60,876 nucleotides of DNA from Acidimicrobiia bacterium (GTDB lineage: Bacteria; Actinomycetota; Acidimicrobiia; Actinomarinales; Actinomarinaceae): positions 1 to 60,876 of the forward strand of contig JAONAZ010000005.1 in NCBI GenBank assembly GCA_028376655.1, in the 5' to 3' direction. Position 1 is the stretch's first letter. Every line of letters starts with the position of its first letter. Under the pieces are notes generated by a model that ran no database searches, was not told the origin of the DNA, and saw only the letters and a list, made by a program, of their open reading frames with translations. The position numbers were made by a program, and so were the translations under genes. This document shows, piece after piece, positions 8,600 through 19,059 of this stretch.

Positions 8600-10272
8600 A
8601 ATATAAAAAAGTTAAAGAAGTTCTCTTGTTTTTTTTAGTGAACGCAACTTTTTTTACTGGAGCATCTTTGTTTCTATCTACAGTTTATGACCTACAATTC
8701 TCACAAACTGATTACTTTCAAAATCAGGCTCTTTCTTATAGGGAAAAAGTTGAGGTACTAGAAGCGTCAAGGGGATCAATTTATGACAGAAATCTTAATG
8801 TTATTTCAAGTAGCGTCCAGTCTTTCAACATAGGCATAAGACCTAGTGAGGTAATAGATCAAAAACAACTTTCCGAAGTACTTTCACTATTTTTAAATAT
8901 TGATGAAATTGAGATACTGGAAGAACTTACATCCAGAAATTCGTATTTTTATCTCAAAAGAAATGTTGATTTTGACATAGGAAAAGAAATTAAAAGCTGG
9001 AATTATAAAGGTGTATATGCAGAGATATCTTCAAAAAGAATTCTTCATTCAAATTCATTAAGTAATATTGTAGGAAGAGTAGATCCAGACAATAATGGTA
9101 TAGAGGGTCTTGAACTCTATTATGATTCTCTATTAACAGGTACAAATGGTGAGCTTAGATATGAATCAGCACCTGATGGTTCATTGATACCCCAAGGTGA
9201 AATAACTACAAAACAACCCATTCATGGTGAAGATATCATACTCACTATTGATGGAGATTTACAATACCTAACCGAGAATCTTTGTGAACAGGCCTTGGTT
9301 GAAACAAAAGCCTACAACTGTTCAGTTGTATTTGCTAATGCTCGGACTGGCGAAATAATAATTTCTGCTGAAAAAAAAGCAGCTGAAACTGAAAAATTTA
9401 ACATAAATTTAATTAGTGGAAGGGCAAACTATGAACCAGGTTCTGCACTAAAAATATTTACAATAGGTTCAGCAATAGAAAATAAATTGATAAAACCAAC
9501 GACGAAATTTGAAGTTAATGATGAGATTGAAATAATTGAAGGTTCTTGTAATAAAAATTACAAAGGTAAGGATAAGGGCTGCTTCCACGATTTTCTTAAA
9601 CATGAAAGGTACACCTTATCTGTAAAGGAAATAATAGAAAGATCATCTAACGTTGGAACCATTCTTGCAACACAAACTTCAAAAATTGACGATGTAGAAG
9701 ATTTTTTAAAAAAGTTTGGGTTTTCTGAAAAAACAGGAGTTGAGTTATCGGGTGAAACAAGAGGTAAATTTACAGAATATAATACTTGCAAAACATGTTT
9801 GAGCTCTCTTTCGATTGGTTATTCAATCGATGTTTCTCAATATCAAATGGTTAAAGCTTACAGCATTATTGCAAATGGTGGCAGAGATATAGATCTAACA
9901 TTAACAAGAGGAATTATAGGAATAGAAAATAAAAATCAAATAATCTCAAATACTACATCAAACCAACTAAAAGAGTTGTTAATTAATGTAGTTGAGGGAA
10001 AAAATGGGACAGGTAAATCTCTTAGAATGGATAACTATACAATCGGTGGTAAAACTGGTACGAGTAGAACACATATTGAAGGAGTTGGTTATTCAGACTC
10101 AAGGTTCAACACATCTTTCACCGGTTTTATAGAGACGGATGAAGGTCCTGTAGTTGGCTCGGTTTTGCTATGGGGAGCATCAGTATCACAACGTTCTGAA
10201 TACGTAACAGGGGGTTCTACAGCAGCTCCAATTTTTAAAACTATTGTAAGTTACCTAGTTCCAGGTGAGTAA
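8596..10272 (+). CDS. ftsI: Class B penicillin-binding protein FtsI
   Basis: RGSIYDRN, GLELYYD, catalytic SALK, SSN and KTGT motifs. Confidence 0.92.
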   Translation: MKYKKVKEVLLFFLVNATFFTGASLFLSTVYDLQFSQTDYFQNQALSYREKVEVLEASRGSIYDRNLNVISSSVQSFNIGIRPSEVIDQKQLSEVLSLFLNIDEIEILEELTSRNSYFYLKRNVDFDIGKEIKSWNYKGVYAEISSKRILHSNSLSNIVGRVDPDNNGIEGLELYYDSLLTGTNGELRYESAPDGSLIPQGEITTKQPIHGEDIILTIDGDLQYLTENLCEQALVETKAYNCSVVFANARTGEIIISAEKKAAETEKFNINLISGRANYEPGSALKIFTIGSAIENKLIKPTTKFEVNDEIEIIEGSCNKNYKGKDKGCFHDFLKHERYTLSVKEIIERSSNVGTILATQTSKIDDVEDFLKKFGFSEKTGVELSGETRGKFTEYNTCKTCLSSLSIGYSIDVSQYQMVKAYSIIANGGRDIDLTLTRGIIGIENKNQIISNTTSNQLKELLINVVEGKNGTGKSLRMDNYTIGGKTGTSRTHIEGVGYSDSRFNTSFTGFIETDEGPVVGSVLLWGASVSQRSEYVTGGSTAAPIFKTIVSYLVPGE

Positions 10273-11684
10273 TGGAAAGTTCTAGAGAAGTACAAATTTT
10301 TGATGAACTAAATATAAATTTTGATAATTTGGTAAACAGTAGCTTAGATGTGTTCGAAGATTGTATTTTGATTATTAATATGAATAATAAAGAAAAACTC
10401 AATGAATATATAAAGCAGAGTCTTGTTAAAGAACCGAAATTTGTTATAACATCTACAAATTGTGATATTGAGGCAAAAAATATAATTAAGTTTGAAAATT
10501 ATGATGATATATTTAATCATGCATTAAAAAAAATGTATCCTGAATATATTTCAAAAAATTTTTATGGGCTTACTGGGACTAATGGGAAAACTACAACTGG
10601 ACATTATTTAAAGCAACTACTTGGCAAGAAAGCATTATTTATAGGAACAACAGAGAGTAATTTATTTAAAAGTGTGACGAAGGAAGAACATTTAACAACT
10701 CCAAAATTATTTAATATATTTAAATTATTAAGAAGCAAAGAATATTCCAATATAAATGATATTGTTTTGGAAGTTTCATCCCATGCCTTGGATCAAAATA
10801 GAGTCGGAAATATCAAGTTTTTAGTTTCAGGATTTACAAATCTTTCACAAGATCATTTTGATTATCATGAAAATATTGAAAATTATTTTAAAGCTAAGAA
10901 AAAACTATTTAATAAAAAACTTTCAATGAAATATGTATATCTTAACAACGAATGGGGCAAGCGAATAAATCAGGAGGTAGACAATAAATCCCATAGTATT
11001 GGATTTGATAAAGACAATGATGTGAGTATTAGTGAAATTGCCAAAAAAAATAATAAAACCAGTATCACATTTACTATTGAAGGAAATGAATATTTAGTAG
11101 AACTTCCATTTATAGGTCCCAATGCTGAATTAAATTATTTATTAGCATTCGGAATGGCTTATTACTCGGATAAATTATCAATTAAGCAAATAATTTCAAA
11201 TACTCAAAATATAACTAACCCCAAGGGTCGGTTTGAGATGATTCCTTATGAAGAAAATAAAATATTTATAGATTACGCCCACACTCCAGCAGCAATAAAT
11301 GAGGCTATTCAGGTCGTTAGTGATAAATATGATAAAGTTGTCGTAATTATTGGAGCTGGGGGAAATAGGGATATTCAAAAAAGAAAGCTTATGGGTAATG
11401 CAGCTAATAAAGCTGATGAAATAATAATAACAAACGATAACCCGAGAAAAGAGGACCCTATGTTCATTGCAAAAGAGATTTTGTCAGGTGTTGATTTGAA
11501 CAAAAAAGTAGAAATTATATTAGATAGAAAAAAAGCAATAAAGAAAGGACTCGAATCACTTCGAGGAAATTCTGTTCTATTAGTATTAGGTAAAGGTCAT
11601 GAAAAAGTGCAAGAACTTGAAAGCGGTTCTGTAGAATTTAATGATTCAGAAATAGTAAAAAAAATAATTAAAGATATGAAATGA
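10272..11684 (+). CDS. murE: UDP-MurNAc-dipeptide:diaminopimelate ligase MurE
   Basis: GLTGTNGKTT, LEVSSH, FTNLSQDHFDYH, DYAHTP, DNPR (DAP-type), GKGHE. Confidence 0.93.
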   Translation: MESSREVQIFDELNINFDNLVNSSLDVFEDCILIINMNNKEKLNEYIKQSLVKEPKFVITSTNCDIEAKNIIKFENYDDIFNHALKKMYPEYISKNFYGLTGTNGKTTTGHYLKQLLGKKALFIGTTESNLFKSVTKEEHLTTPKLFNIFKLLRSKEYSNINDIVLEVSSHALDQNRVGNIKFLVSGFTNLSQDHFDYHENIENYFKAKKKLFNKKLSMKYVYLNNEWGKRINQEVDNKSHSIGFDKDNDVSISEIAKKNNKTSITFTIEGNEYLVELPFIGPNAELNYLLAFGMAYYSDKLSIKQIISNTQNITNPKGRFEMIPYEENKIFIDYAHTPAAINEAIQVVSDKYDKVVVIIGAGGNRDIQKRKLMGNAANKADEIIITNDNPRKEDPMFIAKEILSGVDLNKKVEIILDRKKAIKKGLESLRGNSVLLVLGKGHEKVQELESGSVEFNDSEIVKKIIKDMK

Positions 11685-12739
11685 TAGCAACAATAGTTTC
11701 TGGAGGAATAAGCTTCTTATTTGTAATATTATTTACTGCTATTGGCACCAACTTATTCAAGTCGAAAAACATTGGTCAGACTATACAGGAAGAATTGAAC
11801 TTTCATGAGCATAAAAAAGGCACACCAACTATGGGTGGAGTATTTATTGCCGCTGGGACTTTTTTTGGTTTTTTAATTGCTCATATTAACTTTTGGACAA
11901 TAGGACAAGGCTTTAAGGTAGAGATTGATTATATAGTTCCAGAAGTTCTAAGTCTCTTATTATTCGCAACATTAATGGCATCAGTAGGATTTATAGACGA
12001 TTTTTTAAAAGTTCAGAAAGGAAGAAACCTTGGTCTTAGTGCAATAACTAAACTGATACTTCAAATAATAGTTGCCTCTTTCATAAGCTACTATTTTTAT
12101 ACATTGAATTTGAGCACTACGTTCTACCTCTTTAGTGGGTTTGGAATAGATATAGGAATCATTAAATGGTTTTTAATAGTCTTGTTCATTGTTGGCTTCA
12201 CAAATGCAGTTAATCTAACTGATGGATTAGATGGTTTAGTTGCAGGTACTTCTACAGTTTCATTTGGAGGAATTTTAGTAATGACCTTCTGGATATTTAG
12301 ACATCAAGGGTATTACTCGAACTTTATGAATGATTCATTCTTATCTCTAGATTTATCGATTTTGGTTTCTTCAATTGCAGGATCCTGCTTGGGATTTTTA
12401 TGGTGGAATACTAATCCAGCAAAAATAATAATGGGAGATGTAGGTTCACATTTTATAGGAGCAATGTTTCCGTTAATCTTCTTTGCAATTGGTGCAGAAG
12501 GTCTCATTTTCTTTGTCTGTATGCTGTATGTTGTTGAAGCTTTATCCGTAATTATTCAAGTAGGCTCATTTAAACTTCGTGGAACTAGAGTTTTTAAAAT
12601 GGCACCATTGCATCATCATTTTGAAATGAATAATTGGGCCGAAACAACAATAATTGTAAGATTCTGGATTATTAATGGAATATTTGTCGTAATAGCACTC
12701 GGCCTCTTTTATGGTGACTGGGTTTTATTTGGTAACTAA
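11681..12739 (+). CDS. mraY: Phospho-N-acetylmuramoyl-pentapeptide transferase
   Basis: KKGTPTMGG, NAVNLTDGLDGL, MGDVGS, MAPLHHHFE. Confidence 0.96.
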   Translation: MIATIVSGGISFLFVILFTAIGTNLFKSKNIGQTIQEELNFHEHKKGTPTMGGVFIAAGTFFGFLIAHINFWTIGQGFKVEIDYIVPEVLSLLLFATLMASVGFIDDFLKVQKGRNLGLSAITKLILQIIVASFISYYFYTLNLSTTFYLFSGFGIDIGIIKWFLIVLFIVGFTNAVNLTDGLDGLVAGTSTVSFGGILVMTFWIFRHQGYYSNFMNDSFLSLDLSILVSSIAGSCLGFLWWNTNPAKIIMGDVGSHFIGAMFPLIFFAIGAEGLIFFVCMLYVVEALSVIIQVGSFKLRGTRVFKMAPLHHHFEMNNWAETTIIVRFWIINGIFVVIALGLFYGDWVLFGN

Positions 12740-13954
12740 TTGAAATATTTAATTTTTGGATACGGCGTAACTGGTAAATCAGTAGAAAAATATTTATCTT
12801 CAAAGGGTGAAGTGTATTTTATTTATGATGACGATGAAAAAAAACTCAAAAATATCGAAGAATCAAAACTATTTGTTAAAAATAAAATAAATGAGATAGA
12901 TGAAGTAATTATTTCACCGGGAATAATACCAAATCACGAGCTTCTACAAGAATTTATATCTAAAAGGGTCTCCATAAAAACTGATATAGATATTTTTTCA
13001 AATAATTATTCCGGAAAGATAATTGGAGTAACAGGAACCAATGGAAAAACTACATTTGTAAATGAACTTACTAAATTTTTAAATTTAAATATGGTACCTT
13101 CCATTGCTTTAGGCAATATCGGTGTTTCACCACTAGATATTATTGGTAAGGATTATGAGTATGTAGTTTTAGAACTTTCAAGTTATCAATTACATTACAC
13201 TACGAAATTAAATCTTGACATTGCTGTTATTTTAAATATTTTTCCAGATCATATTGATTGGCACGATAAATTTGAAAATTATGTTAATTCAAAATTAAAA
13301 ATACTCACCTTTTTAGACAAAGAAAAAGAAGATAGAAAAATAATTGGGTCTAATACAGGAGTTATCGAAAATAATCTACCAAAAAACTCTAATCTGAATA
13401 GTTCTATAAATAAAAATGTACATGAAGAGCTCTTATTATCTTTGGGTGAGGCTGTAAAATTAATTGGAGGAGAAGATCTTTTTAATTGCTATATTAAATA
13501 CATAGAAGTCAACAAAATTAATTACCCTCACAGAATGGAACAATTCTTAAATCTTAAAAATAAAAATATATCTTTCTTTAATGATTCAAAAGCTACTAAT
13601 TATCATGCCGTAAGTGAAGCTACAAAATTATTTAGTTCTCAGGAAAGAGATTGTATTCTAATTCTTCACGGAATAACCAAAGAAACTAATAAAAATGAGT
13701 TAAATATAGATTCAATTGTTAATCACATTGTCATTCCAAAAGATATGAATATAAATCTAGGTACTAATAATGCAAACATAACCTATATAGAAAATATATA
13801 TGATATAAAAGTTACATTGCAGAATCTTCTTAGTAATAATCAAATAGTTTTATTTTCATGTGGAGGCTCAAGTTTTAATGACTTTGAAAACTATGAAGAT
13901 AGGGGCAATTATTTTAAAAAAATAGTATTAAGTATGGACATTGAAGATGCTTAA
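12740..13954 (+). CDS. murD: UDP-MurNAc-L-Ala:D-Glu ligase MurD
   Basis: GYGVTG, GVTGTNGKTT, ELSSYQL, DHIDWH, NDSKATN; TTG start. Confidence 0.93.
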   Translation: MKYLIFGYGVTGKSVEKYLSSKGEVYFIYDDDEKKLKNIEESKLFVKNKINEIDEVIISPGIIPNHELLQEFISKRVSIKTDIDIFSNNYSGKIIGVTGTNGKTTFVNELTKFLNLNMVPSIALGNIGVSPLDIIGKDYEYVVLELSSYQLHYTTKLNLDIAVILNIFPDHIDWHDKFENYVNSKLKILTFLDKEKEDRKIIGSNTGVIENNLPKNSNLNSSINKNVHEELLLSLGEAVKLIGGEDLFNCYIKYIEVNKINYPHRMEQFLNLKNKNISFFNDSKATNYHAVSEATKLFSSQERDCILILHGITKETNKNELNIDSIVNHIVIPKDMNINLGTNNANITYIENIYDIKVTLQNLLSNNQIVLFSCGGSSFNDFENYEDRGNYFKKIVLSMDIEDA

Positions 13955-15050
13955 TATTAGCAACACGTTCTTTAAAAAAATGAATTTGTATTCGATTTGG
14001 TTCTTAGTTACTTTTGGTATTCTTTTACAAATTTCGGCGTCATCCGTCCAGGGACTCAATCAATATAATGATAATTTCTACTTTATAAGAAGGCACATCG
14101 CATCTTTGGTAATAGGGATAATAATTTTTAATCTAATAAAAAGTATCACGTATGAATTTATTTTAAAGTTTTCAAATATTCTCATAGTGGGTATAACAAT
14201 TTCACTAATCCTTGTATTAGCTTATGGAGTTGTTGCTGGTGGTAGTCGAAGGTGGATTGACCTAGGTCCTGTATATTTCCAACCTAGCGAATTTGCTAAA
14301 CCCATAATTATTTTGTGGGTAGCTCATAGACTTTCTGAATTAAAGAATGAGCATTCTCAAAGATACTATTTGCAAAGAGCAATATTACTTCCATTAATTT
14401 GTTGCTTTTTAATTTACTTAGAGCCTGATTACGGAACAACATTGACAATATTGGGAATATTTTTTATTCAAATAGTATTTTCTGATATTAAATTTAGATA
14501 TCCAGCAACTATTTTCTCAATATCTTTATTCCCACTTTATCTGTTTGCTAATGCTTCCGACTATAGGAGAGAAAGGATTGAAACATTTTTGACTGGAAAA
14601 TGTCAAGAAGGTGTAGATTTGCTGGGAGATTGTTTCCAATTGAACCAAAGTTGGATTGCAATTAGTTCAGGTGGGTTAACAGGACTCGGACCAGGTACAT
14701 CTAGAGCAAGGTGGGGAATGCTACCTAATGCCTATACAGACTTTATTGTTTCCATTACGGGTGAAGAGTATGGATTTATTGGTATTTTAATACTTACCAT
14801 TATATTTTTACTTCTGATAATCTCCTTTTACGGAATGGCATTAACAACTGATGATAATTTTAAAAAATTAATACTAGCTGGACTAGCTACATGGGTCGGT
14901 ATACAAACAATTTTAAACTTAGGTGGAGCTGTTGGTCTTCTGCCAATTACGGGAATAGTTCTCCCTTTTATTTCGTACGGAGGTACAGCAATGGTTTCAA
15001 TATTTATAGGATTATCCTTAGCTCATAATGAGACATCTAAAAATGAGTAA
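13947..15050 (+). CDS. ftsW: SEDS peptidoglycan polymerase FtsW
   Basis: GSRRWI, FQPSEFAK, EPDYGT, LPNAYTDFI, LPITGIVLPFISYGG; alternative TTG start at 13941. Confidence 0.94.
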   Translation: MLNISNTFFKKMNLYSIWFLVTFGILLQISASSVQGLNQYNDNFYFIRRHIASLVIGIIIFNLIKSITYEFILKFSNILIVGITISLILVLAYGVVAGGSRRWIDLGPVYFQPSEFAKPIIILWVAHRLSELKNEHSQRYYLQRAILLPLICCFLIYLEPDYGTTLTILGIFFIQIVFSDIKFRYPATIFSISLFPLYLFANASDYRRERIETFLTGKCQEGVDLLGDCFQLNQSWIAISSGGLTGLGPGTSRARWGMLPNAYTDFIVSITGEEYGFIGILILTIIFLLLIISFYGMALTTDDNFKKLILAGLATWVGIQTILNLGGAVGLLPITGIVLPFISYGGTAMVSIFIGLSLAHNETSKNE

Positions 15051-16077
15051 AAGGTATTGTTTTTTTTGTGTTGGTACAGGTGGACATGTTTTTCCAGCTA
15101 AAAACATGGTATTAATGTTGATAGAATCTGGAGTGAGTGAAGATGATATTATTGTTGTAAGTGATAATAGGGGCTTAAGGTATTTCGAAGATTTAAATCT
15201 TCATACAATCAAAAAAAATTTTTATATTTCAAATAGGGGAATCTCTGGTTACGTTGTAAACATTGGTAGGTTTATTAGAACTGTGTGGGACCTTTACACA
15301 GAACTTAAATCAAAAAAGATTAATTCTATATTCACTACAGGTGCGTATATTGCTCCGTATGCTGCATTTATAAGCTTGCTGATTAGATCGGAACTTTTCA
15401 TACAAGAACAAAATCAGTATGCTGGATTGGGCAATAAAATAGCATCATATTTTCCAAGTACTGTATTTGAATCGTTTCCGAACACAAAAAATATTAATAA
15501 TACAAACAGTATTTATACAGGACCAATTTTGAATTTAGATCTAAATTATAAAAAACAAAAAAAAGAGAGTACAAAGTTTACTATTGGAATACAGGGTGGA
15601 AGCCAAGGGTCTCAGCAAATTAATAAATTTATCTTTAGGTTTATTAATAATTTAAAGGAGTCTGAAGTTAACTTTATACACATTACTGGTCCAGAAAAAA
15701 GTAATGTAGAAAAAATAAACAAATCTTTTTATCGTGAAGTTGAATTCATAGACGATATGAATGAATATTATCATTCTATAGACTTTCAAATCTCAAGAGC
15801 TGGTGGCGGCATTTTGGAAGCTGCATTTCTTCAAATACCTCAATTGTTAATTCCATTTCAATTTGGAACAACTGCAAGGCATCAAACCCTTAATGCTAAA
15901 TATCTTACAGAGATCGGAAATGCAAAAATCGTAAATGAGTATGAACAATTTGTTGAAATATTGAATAATCTTTGTGATTTTAAAAATGGCTACTTACAAG
16001 AAAACTTTATCTTCAAAGAGATCAAAGTTGGCAATGATGATATATTTAAAATTATTACGTCAGGCAGTCATGGATAA
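15043..16077 (+). CDS. murG: GlcNAc transferase MurG
   Basis: GTGGHVFP, EQN, GGSQGS, SRAGG, HQTLNA. Confidence 0.92.
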   Translation: MSKRYCFFCVGTGGHVFPAKNMVLMLIESGVSEDDIIVVSDNRGLRYFEDLNLHTIKKNFYISNRGISGYVVNIGRFIRTVWDLYTELKSKKINSIFTTGAYIAPYAAFISLLIRSELFIQEQNQYAGLGNKIASYFPSTVFESFPNTKNINNTNSIYTGPILNLDLNYKKQKKESTKFTIGIQGGSQGSQQINKFIFRFINNLKESEVNFIHITGPEKSNVEKINKSFYREVEFIDDMNEYYHSIDFQISRAGGGILEAAFLQIPQLLIPFQFGTTARHQTLNAKYLTEIGNAKIVNEYEQFVEILNNLCDFKNGYLQENFIFKEIKVGNDDIFKIITSGSHG

Positions 16078-17383
16078 ATACAAAAAGATATACATATTAG
16101 GCATTGGCGGAACAGGAATGAGTTCCATTGCAAAGTATCTTTCACAATCTGGGTTAACTGTAAAAGGCTACGATCAAAGAAATTCATACATTACAAATGC
16201 TCTTGAACAAGATGACGTAATAATAGATTTTATACTTGATGATATAACTTATAGGGAAGATACTCTATTTATATACTCAACAGCTTTTGATATATCTAAA
16301 ACAAATCTTGAGCCGCATTCTGAAAGCTCTAACATAATTTCCCGTCCAGAGTTTCTTAATCAGCTAACTAAGGATAAACATGTGATATGCATTACTGGAA
16401 CACACGGAAAAACTTCTACAACAGCACTACTTTCACATATATTTCATTACAACAATCAAAATGTATCTTATATATATGGAGGTGTAACTTCTTTCAGCGG
16501 AATTGGTGGACATTACGGAAAAAATAGTAACTCGCTTATTTTGGAAGCAGATGAGGCTTTTGAAACTTTTAAAAGCCTGCATATAGATGATTTACTGGTA
16601 ACTAATATTGATGAAGATCATTTAGACTATTACATAACTTACGAAAATTTAGTTGATTCATTCAAAACTGTTATTGAAAATACAAGAAATAACATAGTGC
16701 TGAATCTAGACAATTCAGAGTTAAAGAAAATGGTGCTATCAAAAAAATCATACAGCTACTCTTCGCTAGATGAATCCGATATAACTATTAAAGATTCCGA
16801 AACTATTTTACACGATGGTGTTGAATACAAGATAGAAACAAATATGATTGGGGATCACTTTAAATCTAATATTGTTGGTGCAATTTATGTAGCTTATTTA
16901 AATGGTATCTCTATTCAAGATTCTCTTATATCTATTAAACACTTTCCAGGAGTTAGAAGAAGAGCAGAATTTCTTGGAACTAGCACAGGAATAAGCGTGT
17001 ACGATGACTATGGCCACCACCCAACAGAAATTGAAGCAACCATTGCAGCTTTAAAAGATTACACTACTGGTAGATTATATGTTGTATTCCAGCCCCACAG
17101 ATACACCAGAACACTACAGCACCTCGATAAATTTAGATCTTCATTGTCAAAAGCTGATGAATCAATCGTTGTAGACATCTATCCATCTGGAGAAAAGCCA
17201 ATTCCAGGAGTTTCAAGTAAAAATCTTGCTGGTGAGAATATAAAGTATATAAAATCTATGAGATCTGTACCGAGTTATTTAAGTAATCGTGTTATCAGTG
17301 GGGATACAATTCTGACAATAGGAGCAGGAGATATTACTTTATTGGGCCCACAGATATTAAAATATTTAGATGAAAAAAAATAG
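16070..17383 (+). CDS. murC: UDP-MurNAc:L-alanine ligase MurC
   Basis: GIGGTGMS, GTHGKTST, EADE, DDYGHHPTE, FQPHRYTRT; ATG 16070 preferred over the ORF-track extension. Confidence 0.95.
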   Translation: MDKYKKIYILGIGGTGMSSIAKYLSQSGLTVKGYDQRNSYITNALEQDDVIIDFILDDITYREDTLFIYSTAFDISKTNLEPHSESSNIISRPEFLNQLTKDKHVICITGTHGKTSTTALLSHIFHYNNQNVSYIYGGVTSFSGIGGHYGKNSNSLILEADEAFETFKSLHIDDLLVTNIDEDHLDYYITYENLVDSFKTVIENTRNNIVLNLDNSELKKMVLSKKSYSYSSLDESDITIKDSETILHDGVEYKIETNMIGDHFKSNIVGAIYVAYLNGISIQDSLISIKHFPGVRRRAEFLGTSTGISVYDDYGHHPTEIEATIAALKDYTTGRLYVVFQPHRYTRTLQHLDKFRSSLSKADESIVVDIYPSGEKPIPGVSSKNLAGENIKYIKSMRSVPSYLSNRVISGDTILTIGAGDITLLGPQILKYLDEKK

Positions 17384-18230
17384 TATAAAACTATCTGAAG
17401 TTACAACCTACAAATTTGGAGGTTACTGTGATAATTTCTTTGATGTGGATGACGAATCAATCAATTCAGAAGTAAATTTTAATATCAAAGATCAAGAGTT
17501 ACTTGTTCTTGGAAACGGATCTAACTTAGTTTTTTCTGATGAAGGCTATAAGGGCACAATTGTAAAGCCGAATATAAATTTTATTAAATTAAAGGATTCA
17601 AACTCAATATTAAGCTTGGGTGCATCGACGTATCTACCAGATATTGCAAGATTCTCCAAGAATAATTCAATAGCTAGTCTTGAGTGGTTAATCGGTATTC
17701 CAGGATCTGTTGGGGGTGCCGTTAGTATGAACGCAGGCGCTTATGGATATGAATTTGCTGACCATATAAAGTCAGTGAAAATATATGATATTAAATCTAA
17801 TAAAATTGAGATTAAAGATAAAGATTATTTTGAATTTTCATACCGAACAGCAAAAAACCTAGACAATAAAATTATACTTTCAGTAGATCTTCATGTAGAA
17901 AAAGGTAACTCTCAAGAAATTCAAAAGAAAATTTCTGAAAACTTAAAGCGTAGAAAAGATACTCAACCAGCAGGTGTTTACAACGCTGGTAGCGTTTTTA
18001 AAAACCCTAAAGAAGGTTCAGCAGGATTTTTTATAGAAAATGCTGGACTAAAAGGATTTAGCATTGAAGGGGTTGAAGTAAGCCAAAAACATGCAAACTT
18101 TTTTGTTGCCAGGAAAGGTTCTAAAGCTCAATCTCTTTTTGAATTAACAAACTATGTAAAAAACGAAGTATTCAATAAATTTGATATTACACTTGAAGAA
18201 GAAATTATATTTGTTGGTAATTTTTCGTAA
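17370..18230 (+). CDS. murB: UDP-N-acetylenolpyruvoylglucosamine reductase MurB
   Basis: LGNGSN, GIPGSVGGAVSMNAGAYG, FSYR, AGSVFKNP, KHANF. Confidence 0.95.
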   Translation: MKKNSIKLSEVTTYKFGGYCDNFFDVDDESINSEVNFNIKDQELLVLGNGSNLVFSDEGYKGTIVKPNINFIKLKDSNSILSLGASTYLPDIARFSKNNSIASLEWLIGIPGSVGGAVSMNAGAYGYEFADHIKSVKIYDIKSNKIEIKDKDYFEFSYRTAKNLDNKIILSVDLHVEKGNSQEIQKKISENLKRRKDTQPAGVYNAGSVFKNPKEGSAGFFIENAGLKGFSIEGVEVSQKHANFFVARKGSKAQSLFELTNYVKNEVFNKFDITLEEEIIFVGNFS

Positions 18231-18232
18231 TT

Positions 18233-18925
18233 ATGAATGAATTTACTCAAATTCAACTGAGAACATTTAAATCATTCTTAGTTTTTTCATTGTTAGTTTT
18301 AGTTGTATCCTTAACTTTTATTGTTACTACTTCACAGAAGTATCGTATTTCTCAAATAGATTTTGATTCTAACATCGATCTAAATTTTCAAAGTATTGAT
18401 ACATTATATGGTGATTCTATATGGTTTGTTGATGAAAATTCATTTGAAGATGTCTATAACGATAATCCAGAAATCAAGAATTTATCTATAACAAAACTAT
18501 TACCAACTAACCTATTTTTATCCGTTCAGTTATATGAAGAGTTAACAAACATTATCGATTTAAGATCGTCAATAAAAGGGGTACTAATACTCTACGAAAA
18601 TAACTATACAGTCGAGACAAAGGAAATTAGGAATTATCTACCAGTAGTGGAAATTCTAAATGGGCCAGTAGGTGATGGCTTTAATGGAGAAATAATATCT
18701 TTCTTTAAAACCCTTGATAAATATGAATATATAAACAATTTATTAAAAATTTCATATGACGGCGTCAACTTGAATGCTGCTTATGATAAAACAATCTACG
18801 AACTTGGAGATGCTTTAGACCTTGGTAGAAAGGCTTCAGTGCTTGGTAAGTATCTAAGTGAGAATAGCTGTGAAGGTATAGTTAGATTTATCACTTCAGA
18901 ATCTACAATAGAGAAATGTAAATAA
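18233..18925 (+). CDS. ftsQ: FtsQ/DivIB-like cell division protein (divergent)
   Basis: Single TM, POTRA-like segment (P.IKNLSITKLLPTNL); lies between murB and ftsZ. Confidence 0.7.
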   Translation: MNEFTQIQLRTFKSFLVFSLLVLVVSLTFIVTTSQKYRISQIDFDSNIDLNFQSIDTLYGDSIWFVDENSFEDVYNDNPEIKNLSITKLLPTNLFLSVQLYEELTNIIDLRSSIKGVLILYENNYTVETKEIRNYLPVVEILNGPVGDGFNGEIISFFKTLDKYEYINNLLKISYDGVNLNAAYDKTIYELGDALDLGRKASVLGKYLSENSCEGIVRFITSESTIEKCK

Positions 18926-18951
18926 TCTATACCTAAAGTATAGGTCGAGAT
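18925..18951. promoter_or_regulatory. 27-bp imperfect dyad upstream of ftsZ; candidate FtsR/MerR-type operator
   Basis: ATCT-AT-ACCTA-AAGTA-TAGGT-CG-AGAT, followed by TAAAAT (18951-18956) and TATAAT (18973-18978). Confidence 0.6.
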
Positions 18952-19059
18952 AAAATATAATAAATTTATTTGTATAATGGTGTATTAATGATATTCTTTT
19001 TTTGAAAAAGGATTTAAATGAAAAAAACAAAAAAAAGTTCTAAGCAAAAAGGAGTAAAT

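Noticed and set aside
15974-16069. N-terminal extensions in the ORF track (murC; also mraZ, ftsZ, yggS, uvrB, CDF, 56430, 59042, 59341)
   Set aside because: Longest-ORF artefacts; downstream starts match family N-termini and give short overlaps
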